Positions 53,564 to 64,000 of a stretch of DNA of 64,000 nt are shown piece after piece (position 1 is the first letter of the stretch; every line of letters starts with the position of its first letter). Below the pieces are notes generated by a model. The model made no database searches, was not told the DNA's origin, and worked only from the letters and a program-made list of their open reading frames with translations. Location: positions 1-64,000 of the forward strand of contig JAQGDQ010000238.1 in the NCBI GenBank assembly GCA_030141605.1, written 5' to 3'. A program made the translations under genes and the position numbers. This stretch comes from Tubiluchus corallicola. Lineage: Eukaryota; Animalia; Priapulida.

Positions 53564-54521
53564 AGGAATATGATAATCATTTTGCTGTCTTGTTTTGCAA
53601 GCATGTCGATCTCCATTCGAATAACATATTTGGTAGTAATTTATTTGTACAACTGTGTATAAAACAAGCTGTTCTCACTTAAACAGCATTTAAAATCGTG
53701 AGAGTTTTAGTGCCTTTAAATAACTCTTTTGTAGGAGCCCTTTCATGCGAAAAAGTCATTGTTCTCATTATTCTTAGAAATTTCTTCTGTATTTTTACTA
53801 ATTTGTTCATTTTATCGTATCGATGCCCCACACGATTGAGCAGTAGTCAAAATGAGGGTAGGCTAGAGAGCGTGATACAACAATTTAATTTAAAATCAGA
53901 CTAGCTTTTTTTCATTGCGCCAATGCTCACTTTAGTTCGCTTACTTTTCTGAATATATAATTAATATGACTTATTTATGATAAGCATTATTCGTGCAGCA
54001 TTATTCGCAAGAAAATTTTATCTTTCGCTTGAAAGACAATGATTCCATCAAGTGCTATGTTGGCATCATTTTTAATATATTTTTATTCCTTGCTCTGACT
54101 ATATTGAAATGGGTTTTCTGTGCATATAAGGAGAGCTTGTTTTGAACCACTTTGATACTTTTGCCAACTCAATATTCATAGTGTCACTTAAATTTTTCAT
54201 ATTTTTGTGTGACAGATTTATGTCCGCCTGATCAGCAAAGATAACAAGAAACATTTTTTTAAATATGTGCTAAATCATTGTATGTAAGAAAAACATTAAT
54301 GGGTCTAATATTGAACATTGTGGCATTCTACACAGTGCATTAAGAATCAGATCTCGCGTTATGATATACCACACAGAGTTTTTGTATCAAATAAGAAATC
54401 TTATATCCAGCAATGGCATATTCCCTTACTACCATAATACTGGAATTTTTCTAACCGCATGAAATGGTGTCGAATGTCTTCGAAGGTTCAACAATTAACC
54501 CTGAACATATATTCATAATTT

Positions 54522-54905
54522 AACTACGGCCAAATCGCGTTGATGTCTGATTACCGAAGTTAAGCAACGTAGAGCCTGGTTAATGCTTGGATAGGTGACC
54601 GCCTAGAAATACCAAGTGCTGTAGGCTTGTGGGATGCCCACACTGTATCTCGACACTAGGCGGAGGAGCTGTACAAGCAGCCAACGGCTAGAGGGCGGAG
54701 GAGGTCAAGTGACCCAACGGCCATGTGTAGAGGAATAAACCTTCCAAATCAGGATCTCCATACACCTTGCCCAGGCGTGCGCCCTGGAGACGTTCAGGGA
54801 TCGGACTGCTCAGCCACAGTCGACGCTGCAGCTTCAAAGATGTGATCAATAGCTAACTCTCTTGACGCACATTCCATTGTTGTCCGAGGCAGAAGGATGC
54901 CAACA
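54522..54905 (+). mobile_element. 5S rRNA-derived SINE (SINE3-type) / 5S pseudogene with unique body
   Basis: 54522-54628 matches animal 5S rRNA (CTACGGCC...CCGAAGTTAAGCAACG...GGTGACCGCC...GTGCTGTAGGCTT) with a ~15-nt deletion, many substitutions and no T-run terminator, followed by a ~275-bp GC-richer body; possible TSD atattcataat / atattcatcat. Confidence 0.75.
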
Positions 54906-56214
54906 ATATTCATCATTTTATATTGCATCACAGATTTTATCTACTAAACCAAATAATGCAGTAAACGGTAGTTTGAAATAATAGATTACGTTCCTTGTTT
55001 TTGTAGCTATGTTTTGTGTAATTTTAGATATTTTCAGCTCAATAGACGCAATGTCATTTTTCAGGATAAGGTAAATATCATTAGTGTTTCCGCAATCTCA
55101 TTTGAAATTCGTTTCAGTATTTGCTCGTAATAATTTTCGAGTTCGTTCAAAGATGTTGTACCCATTTACTTAGAATTTTAAATTGAATTTGTTTCACACT
55201 GTGTTGAGAAAATTCAAAACATGTGACATGGCGCCTCCTAGCGACCACAGAGTGAACTACTGCCACATGGTAGTTTTTGCAAAATGGGAGAATTTAACAT
55301 TTTTCAAGCATACGAACTCGCTTTTTCAGAACGAAATCTTTCTCTATTATTGGTAATTAGGACGCCAGTGACTTTTCTAACCTGATGTATGTAAACATTG
55401 CAGTGCAGCGTTTCCAAAGAACTTTTTATTCTTTAGCTGCAGTGATTGATTTCGATAGGGATAGCACTGTGGCGCCATCTTACGGAATAAGGCGCGAACA
55501 AGCGACAGTGCCGAATATTAGTGAAGCAATAAAATGGTACCATCGAGCCCGTGTCATCAGCGTTATGAAAAAATATGGGGGGGGGGGGGGGGGCAGCAAA
55601 TAAAATGGCAATTATGAAGTCTAGGCAGAATATGGAATCAGTGCTAATACATGCATCGAGAGGAAGAATAAAAGTTTTGAATCTGCTAAGAGGTGCTATG
55701 TGACGTAGGCCTATTTTTTATGAAAACCATATTTTAATCCTGGTAACTAAGTCCGCATTAAGCCCTTAGCTTAGTTTATAAGCAACACAGTAATACCTTA
55801 GTTGCTCAAAGGTATATGTGTGCTTATTTAGAAATAAAACACGAATGCGACAAAAAATTTTAAAAAGGACGAGCGAAAAATACTTTATTGGCAAATATTT
55901 GTTATAGTATAATAGCTTGCTTTTTACGTTAACATTAAGTCGTTTTAAGACCATAAAGTGACTAAATACAATAAAATATGAGTTCAGCTCAGAACTAGTG
56001 TTCTGACATAAAGAAATAAAATAGTGAGATGCGTGTATGAAACTCAGGTGAATGGTGTCTCTGCAAGTAAGAAGAACATCCCTAAAATCCTGTTTATAAT
56101 TTTCAAATGACGATAGTATAACGCGTGAACCTGTACAGCGCGAAAATGTTGCAGTAAAGTCTCCATCAGTTTTTCTTGTTCTGGAACAACCGTTCTCAAT
56201 GGTGGCAACCATAA

Positions 56215-57930
56215 TCAGTCAGAATCTTCCTCGATAAGATGCTTGTGGAAACCGGTAGTGACGTAGATCGGTTGCTGCGTTTCCGTTGTGTACGCGACGG
56301 GGCATTCATTCATCAATATAGACTGGAAAGAATAGTGTTAGCTATGAAAGCAAAGATTTGAAAGACATATGTTTAAAAAGTACTTAAAATTGTTTATTTA
56401 AGAATAAAAACACGTGACCGATGTAAGTTAAAGGAATAAAAAACATTTCATGAATCATACGAAGTCGTAAACTTACCAAATTTTCATCACTGACAGGTAA
56501 TTTTTTCAAGAACAAACACACTGGTGCTACGCAAATATTCAGTATACCAATTCCACGTATTACCCTGGAATAAAACAGAAAGATATTACCTAATTGTTTT
56601 TATAAATACTATGATCTCTAACATGCAAGTGAATTAATTAACAAGAGTGGACGAAACGCTACTGCTATGCTTTCTATGGTTTATTTATATTGAAAAAAAG
56701 AAGTGACTCCGCTAAATTTGTCCCTTACTCAGTATATGATGGTGACTTCGAAGGCTTATCTTAATTGTTAATCAGCCCCTGATTGTAGACACTATTCATG
56801 CCTTCCATAAACGTCCATATCTATATGATAATTCATAGCTGAACATGTAGGCTATGACGTCATTTAATGTTTGACCTATGTGTTTCTCCGTACGTAAAAG
56901 CGTGTGAATGTTGTACGTAAGAGCATAAACTAAAGTTATGTAAATTTTTTCGTTTGCATCGACGAACAAATTTTGGTTTAACAAATGCATGCATTTGATG
57001 ACGATGATGATGATGATGATAAATATTTCATTTTATAAATATATACGTAAATAGATTTACAGGCCAAAATTTCAAAGTTAATTACTATACCAATTTAATA
57101 ATATGTCAAAATAGTTCAAACAAACTATACTTCGTTAAACTGTAATATTAAATAGGTTTAACATTTGTGGATATGGTGTGCACAATATAATCATCAATAA
57201 TTACGTTAATAAAAATTCCAATCAAGTTTTTATTTTGCTGAACGAATATTGAGCAAATTGTTTGATTTTCTAGTATAAATTTAAAACGATTTTTTTTGTG
57301 TGACGTACAAGTGGGCAATCGAATAACATATGTTCAGGAGTTCGTGAAAATAACTGATAGTCGCAAAGCGGATTTTTAGTCAACTCAAGAGGGTACAAAA
57401 ACTCATTGAAATCTCCCTGCCTGGTAAGGAAGCTAATCGCAATAGATTCCGACATTCTACCAGCATAGCCAACCCTTATTTCAAGTGAAGTATTGAGCCT
57501 TTAGAAAAAAAGATATGTCAATCTACAATGAACCAAGCATTAAAAGTTCAAGCATGTGAAAGCAGTAATTTATTAATCTTTATTAATACATATATTAAAT
57601 TAATTTTACGTGCACAAGTTTTGTAATGTCAAATGTATAAATAGTGTAAATGTAATGAGTGAAATTTATGTAATGTAAAGCATGTTTCTGTTAATTGTGT
57701 CATGTCAAATGTATATATAGTGTAAAATATGTCATGTAAAATTTAATGTACTTTTGTAATATTGTTTTGTAAAAATATTTTAATATGGTGTTTGTAAATA
57801 TGTTCATTTATTGTATATAGTTTTGCACTTTGGTTTTTTAGTATGCACTGGACGCATTTGTGTTGAACAGTGTTGTTATCTTAACATTACGTTGAGGCTT
57901 ACTCGATTTTATTATAATGAGTGAACCATT

Positions 57931-57971
<41 letters not shown>

Positions 57972-59929
57972 TTCTTTATTTGTCATTAAAATGGTATATA
58001 TATATACATAAACATACACAATAAACAAAATCTTATTATACGTATTACAGAGGCACTAAAAGTATTGAGTGTATAACATTAGCCTTCTGTAAACAAATAT
58101 GCGAGGTATAAACTTACCACGGGAAACCAACAGCTTTGTTCAATTCTCCAGCTATTGCTGGTCCTGTAAAAGCACAAACATTATAAGGCTATAGAATTGT
58201 AGGCTTATGCTGTTTGCAAATCTTATTTGAGTTAAGAAGTTAAGAAATGAACAAATTCCTTTGCCGTTGTATTTGTAATATTTGATCATGAAGGACTTTG
58301 ACTAACGATTTTTGATCTGCTTACGGTATACTAAAAACTAAAAAAATGCAAAAGTGAATTATGAGTTAGAAGTAGGAATATTTCCCTTGTGTGGGTGTGC
58401 GGAAAGTTAGCTTACAAATTTTGCAACAACAGTTTAAAAATGTCCACGCGAACAATACAGATTTTCCACTGGAACTACCTAAACGGTAAAAATTACTAAC
58501 TGATGTATCATCGGTACAGTTTCAACAACCATTTCACTCGATTTTGGCGTCAGTCGTGGTCTCATGTCGGGAAGAACTTGAGCGGAGGACAGTTTCACAT
58601 TGTTCTGATGGCTTCGGAAAATTCGGAGACGACAATATAGTGATAGTAATGAAATTCCCATAATTTCCAGCTAACATGGTAATCATTTCATCGTGTGCCA
58701 GGGTATATTATAACTAATCACCTCTTTATAATAGTTACCTACGGAGTATGCTAAACTGACAGCAAGTTGTCCTATAGCGTACACACTTCCATAGACACTG
58801 ACGTATCTCATGTCAACAATGTGACCCAATAGCGGCATGATGGACGAATCAACTATTCCTGAACAAATAAAAATGTTTATTTTTTGTCAAAAGAAACTTC
58901 ATTTTTTCAAGTCACTGGGACAAAATTTTACGGCAAACTCTCTTGTAAAATACACATTTTAGAAACGCAGAAAACGTACTGTGTAAGAGCTTTTATTGAT
59001 AACAAGTTTTTGCTGAACAAGTCACATTATTTTATTACTGTATCATCTGTATTACATATATCAAGATATATAAGATCAATACTTATTACTGTATTACATA
59101 TATCTAATTTGCCTAAGCATCCTATATTTACGTTTACAGACGCATAGCTTTCGTTTACGTTTACAGACATACCACATAATAACATACCTATGCCTAATCC
59201 AACTCCAAAATGGGGAATTATAAGATGAGCAATCTGCGTTGCAAACGGGATCTAGAAAATTTAATTCAGAAAACACGTTTTACAATAAACGATGTAACGT
59301 ACGTATGCAAAGTGCAATGTTGGCCTAAGTGTTTATTTTATTATAAACTTACTGTAAAACTTGTTTCTTTTGATTTTTTATCACTTCGTTGTTAGAGCTT
59401 CGTTATTAAATTTGAAAAACCGCCATTTTTCGTTGCGCGAGATGAATGACGTTGTGAGTACAGTCACGAGGTCACCAATCAAAGACACTTTCTGTACCTC
59501 TGTTTACTAGTTTGAATTTCGTTATAGAAAGCAAAATTTTTGGCTTTGTGAAAGAAAATTTAGAATCACTACGATTTTAATTTCCATAGTCGTTTTGTTA
59601 AGGATAGCATAAGCACATAAAATATAACCACGAACATACACTTACTTAAATGTTAAACAGGTTCGCTATGAACTTTGAAAATGCACCGATTTCGGTAGTT
59701 TCGTCATCTTTATATGAATTTCAGCAATTTGTTGAAAACATTTTAACTTTCTGATTGCGTATTCGTTAAACGTCACAGACAATAATAGTAATTGAAACAT
59801 TTTCACAATCTTTGTGGAGATTTTTCAATTTCCGACAGAATGTTACAAGTTCCATTATAGAAACTACAGTCATCATATAGCATCATATGTAGCATCATAT
59901 ACACAGTCAACTATCTATCTATCTATCTA

Positions 59930-60005
<76 letters not shown>

Positions 60006-60009
60006 TCTA

Positions 60010-60051
<42 letters not shown>

Positions 60052-62274
60052 CGTCCGTCCGTCCGTCCGTCCGTCCGTCCGTCCATCATCCATCCATCCT
60101 TCCATCCTTCCATCCATCCATCCATCCATCCATCCATCCATCCATCCATCCATCCATCCATCCATCCATCCATCCATCCATCCATCCATCCATCCATCTA
60201 TCTATCTATATATATATATATATACATAATTTGTACCATGATTATACAGGCACCAATGAGAAGCAGCGCCGACAGGGCGCAAATCCAGCGGCCTAACTTG
60301 AAAGCCACAACTCCGAAGAGATTGGTTCCCAATAAATATCCTATACTGTCCGGTAAAAATACTGTTCCTGCAATATAACCAAATCCAAAATGCGTCCTAG
60401 ATGCTAGATAGTAGGTAGACTCTAGGTAGAAACAATACATTGCAACTGCTTGTCAGATTTCAGTGCAGAAGCACCAATGGGGGGGGGGCTTATGCAAGTG
60501 AATAAAAAACTAACAATAGTTTGATTCCATTAAAATTTGGCAATTAAAATTTTAAAAAGTTGCAGAATTGTCACTTTTTAAATATTCTATAAATCACTTT
60601 CGCCTATTTTGGTATTAAATGGCGCTTACCTAGCATTCGGAATGCGTATGCGTTATGCGGATGCGGCGTTAATTTTTTCTGTAGCTATTTCCTATTGACT
60701 TTTTCTGCGCAGCTATTCCGCAGGTGGATAACGCATAACGCACAACGCAATGTACCCGTTTCTCAGACCTGTGTTATGCGTTAATGTTTTCTGCAGCTAT
60801 TTTCTATTGACTTTTTCTGCGCAGCTATTCCGCAGGTGGATAACGCAAAACGCTCAACGCATTCCGGATGCCAGGTAAACGCCACTTTACGGTGTGCGAA
60901 GAACGCGTATGCATTATTAGATACCTAACTGCCATTTTGCTGGATGTATTGTCTTCATCAACCATATCGGCAAAGTAGGTTCTAGGATGGCCATCGCTGA
61001 TGTAGAACACCAAACAACTGCTGCAATAATTAATAGACGTTAGTTGACAAATTTACTTGCTATGTTTTCCTATGGATTTATTTCCTTACTTCAAAAACAT
61101 ACCTGTTGTGGTGGGGTTCGACCCGGTAGACAGCCTCACGGTCCGCTTTCGGTGATGCGAGTAAGTGCTGCATAAAGGCACCCAAGAAAATTGAAGAAAG
61201 AAACAAGACAACCAGAGCTTAAAGATGAAAGGTTCAAATTTGACAGGACCAACGACACTCGGCAGGCAAACAGGAGAAGTGCATCCGGCGACGGAACAAA
61301 GACAACTGACGATGTCACCTGTTAGCTTTTTCTACAGGAAACCACTGCTTAACCAATCGCAGGTAATGTTATCGGTTTTTGGTTTAAAGTGGTGGTCATA
61401 ACATTACCTGTTGGTTGGTCTGGTAAGGAATAAGTGTAATGCACATTCACCTGTTCAGCTCAGTATTAACTTATACCACGGCTTCAAAAAAACTTCTTTC
61501 TAAATTCAGCGTGAAAGATTTTTTAAAATATACGTCCAGTTAACTTGAATACTAAATCAACTACTATACCAGCTGAAACTAAGATGTAAGGATCTCTCAG
61601 CAGGAGTAACATTGGCGCCCCCTCTGAACGTGCGCTGGTTTCGACTGTCGGCTGAAGAATTGTTACTTGCAATGCTGAAAGAAAAATACGTAGCAGGTAA
61701 ACAGGCTAAGCGTAAAAAGTTTTGTAATAGTGTCACTCTGAATACAGTTGAACGTTAGTTGACGAATTTACTTGCTATTTTTTCATATGCGTTTATTTCC
61801 ATATTTCTAAAACATACATATCTGCTAACGCAGAAGGACAGTTTCGGCTAAGAAGGCCTATTTTGGTCCTAGGAAAGGAAGAAAACTTCGATGAAGAAAC
61901 ATAAGTGATCATAGCATGACTACTGGTGTTTCTAGTTAAAATCTGTAATATTCACCACGGAGACGCAAGATATTGAGAGTTTGTCTGAAATGTTACATTC
62001 CAGATGATAGAAATCCATCAAACTTTTTTTGCGACTTTTAACATTACCAACATTTCTTTGCAAAATAGGTGAGTACTTTGAAGGGAGTGGTGTTATCTTT
62101 TTTGAATAAAAGCTTTGTGACATCGGCACGAGAGCATGACACGAGCACGTCTGTTATAATAGTATAACATTACTAATGAGTTACCTATGTCTATGAGAGC
62201 AAACGCAATAATGAAAATAAATGGCGACGTTTGTGAGACAAAGTCGTACATCAAGCTGCCAAATGGATACCCAA
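56215..62274 (-). CDS. SLC18A: SLC18 vesicular amine transporter family member (VMAT-like, portabella-type), 3' nine exons; 5' part outside the window
   Basis: Exons 62274-62185, 61674-61570, 61020-60925, 60367-60237, 59251-59188, 58858-58739, 58163-58118, 56564-56477, 56322-56215; GT-AG, phases consistent. Motifs [78 protein letters not shown] and an acidic EEDSD* end parallel VMAT2. Confidence 0.92.
57270..57480 (-). mobile_element. Non-LTR retrotransposon C-terminal CCHC relic (R1/LOA/I-like)
   Basis: [12 protein letters not shown]...NPLC...[10 protein letters not shown] resembles LTGHGxFxxYL...SPxC...TxxHxLxxC. Confidence 0.5.
59911..60223. repeat. Compound tetranucleotide microsatellite (CTAT/CTGT/CCGT/CCAT)n + (TA)n
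   Basis: Direct inspection. Confidence 0.97.
60617..60888. mobile_element. MITE with ~30-bp TIRs and an internal direct duplication
   Basis: tggcgcttacctagcattcggaatgcgt ... acgcattccggatgccaggtaaacgcca; internal gcgttaat...gctattccgcaggtggataacgca occurs twice. Confidence 0.7.
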
Positions 62275-62535
62275 CTGAAACAAACAAAACATAATAATAA
62301 TAATAATAATGATAATAATTTTTATTGCCTGAAGTTCATATAAAAATGCTCTTTGGCATACAAACATTTAAAATCCACAAAAAAATCTACGAACTTATTT
62401 TAAACAACACAATTACGTCAATTCTTAAAAAACTAACTTTACTACGTTACATAGACACAAACTAAAATAACAAAAAGTTAAGATGCGTCTAAGAATAAAA
62501 GTGTTTTAATTTTAAGTTTAAAAACAGCAACACTT

Positions 62536-62810
62536 CAATGCAATGCAATGCAATGCAATGCAATGCAATGCAATACAATGCAATGCAATGCAATACAATA
62601 CAATACAATACAATACAATACAATACAATACAATACAATACAATACAATACAATACAATACAATACAATACAATACAATGCAATACAATATAATACAGTT
62701 CTATACAATACAATACAATACAATACAATACAATACAATACAATACAATACAATACAATACAATACAATACAATACAATACAATACAATACAATACAATA
62801 CAACACAATA
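62536..62810. repeat. (CAATG)n(CAATA)n microsatellite
   Basis: Direct inspection. Confidence 0.98.
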
Positions 62811-63415
62811 CGAATACAATAAATTATAATGCTTGGATTATTATTTTTCTCACTCTAAGTAAACAGCCTGGGAAAAAGAAATTTTTGTCGTGTTTAAGAA
62901 TTCTGAATTTCTACAGACAGCTGAGGCTTTAACAAGAAAAACGGACTCCTAGGGTTTTTTAATATAAATTAAACGTACAGTACTATAAGATTTGCATAAC
63001 AGTACAGTGTAATTTCCTCATGTATGGACCTTTATGAGGGTGTATCTGAAAATGCACTAGATTGGCATAAAATCACAGACTCTTTAAATTACTTTCAGTT
63101 AAAATTGACCTGAAGTGTCACTTTTAATGTTGCTGTTAAATTAATGATTAGTTTATGTTAACATTAACTTGTTATATTATGACTCAGTATTAACGTTAAG
63201 TCAATGTTATCTTAAAATTGATGTTAAGTGATGACGTGGGTTTTCCCGGAAACTGTTGACATGAAACAGTGGAACACACGAAATATAAAAATGTCAAGAA
63301 AATACAAATTAACGTAACTTTTATAATGTTTTAAATGCACAATAATGGTTTAAAGTCGCAATCTTTTCTCACGCTTGAAATTTTTTTCGTAAATTATTTT
63401 CGGGACATTAATGCG

Positions 63416-63653
63416 AGGATATAGCGCAGTGGTCACTGTTACGGTGTGCAGTTAGCGACTTTGGAAGTTAAGCAACACCATGCCTGTTAAGTAAGCAAAA
63501 CGAATGAGTGACTGGTCGGTAAATTGTTTTGGTGCGGTTTAATCTGTCATGTTGGCCAACGTGGCTTTGTTGGCTCAGTGTCTCCTCTTCAAGGATTATC
63601 ATGGACAAGGAGATTCTACAACTGCAAGCCTAAATAAAGTAAATCCTATCCCT
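63416..63653 (+). mobile_element. SINE with tRNA-like A box fused to a 5S-like internal promoter
   Basis: tagcgcagtgg (A-box-like), then gaagttaagcaac...gaatgagtgac (5S-like), body, and tail aaataaagtaaatcctatcc. Confidence 0.55.
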
Positions 63654-64000
63654 AATGCCGGATTCCGACTTACACTGTGCTAGATTTATGAAAAATTATG
63701 CTCCAGGAAATGTACCTTATATATACGATTCATGCTATACCTTATATATACTTTATATATACCTTATATGTACCTTATATACACGATTATATAGCTACAT
63801 GCTAGAATCAACTATATGTATTGCTGTAATAACTGTAATACTACACTAATTGTATTAATTCCATTGGATATAAACGATTATATATATATACGATTCACTA
63901 TGTCATATTTCTTATTAAAAAATACATAGTGCAAACAAGCAGTATACACAACGCCATGATAACCAATGTGTGCCAGTTTGTCAGAGTCGTACGATTACTA

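Noticed and set aside
54522-54628. Functional 5S rRNA gene
   Set aside because: ~15-nt internal deletion, many substitutions, no oligo-T terminator, not in an array; better explained as a SINE head or pseudogene.

Overview
AT-rich, intron-rich animal (invertebrate, probably protostome) genomic DNA; almost all long ORF-track entries are spurious or single exons. Hand-spliced genes: (1) a complete 9-coding-exon SLC35F6 (+, 8761-20740, 384 aa); (2) a compact Hes/E(spl) cluster of FOUR genes: a canonical 4-exon Hes (HesC, -, 24667-28890, 278 aa, WRPW), two near-identical intronless-CDS Hes twins in inverted orientation (HesA, -, 34257-34757; HesB, +, 50713-51213; 166 aa, WRPW) and a hidden 3-exon 99-aa mini-Hes (HesD, -, 44784-45416) with a degenerate basic region, no Orange domain and a terminal FRPW, which is not represented in the ORF track; (3) a small Lys/Glu/Asp-rich protein gene ending in SSSSSSSDSD inside the cluster (+, 40090-41060); (4) the 3' nine exons of an SLC18 vesicular amine transporter with the portabella-type TM11 Asp->Gln change (-, 56215-62274, 5' part outside the window). 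The cluster carries six Su(H)/CSL paired sites with an exact 17-bp spacer plus proneural E-boxes, and predicted 3'UTR introns. The rest is LINE relics, tRNA- and 5S-derived SINEs, MITEs, foldback palindromes, and mini/microsatellites. HesA-D are working labels; all gene models are manual predictions without expression data.
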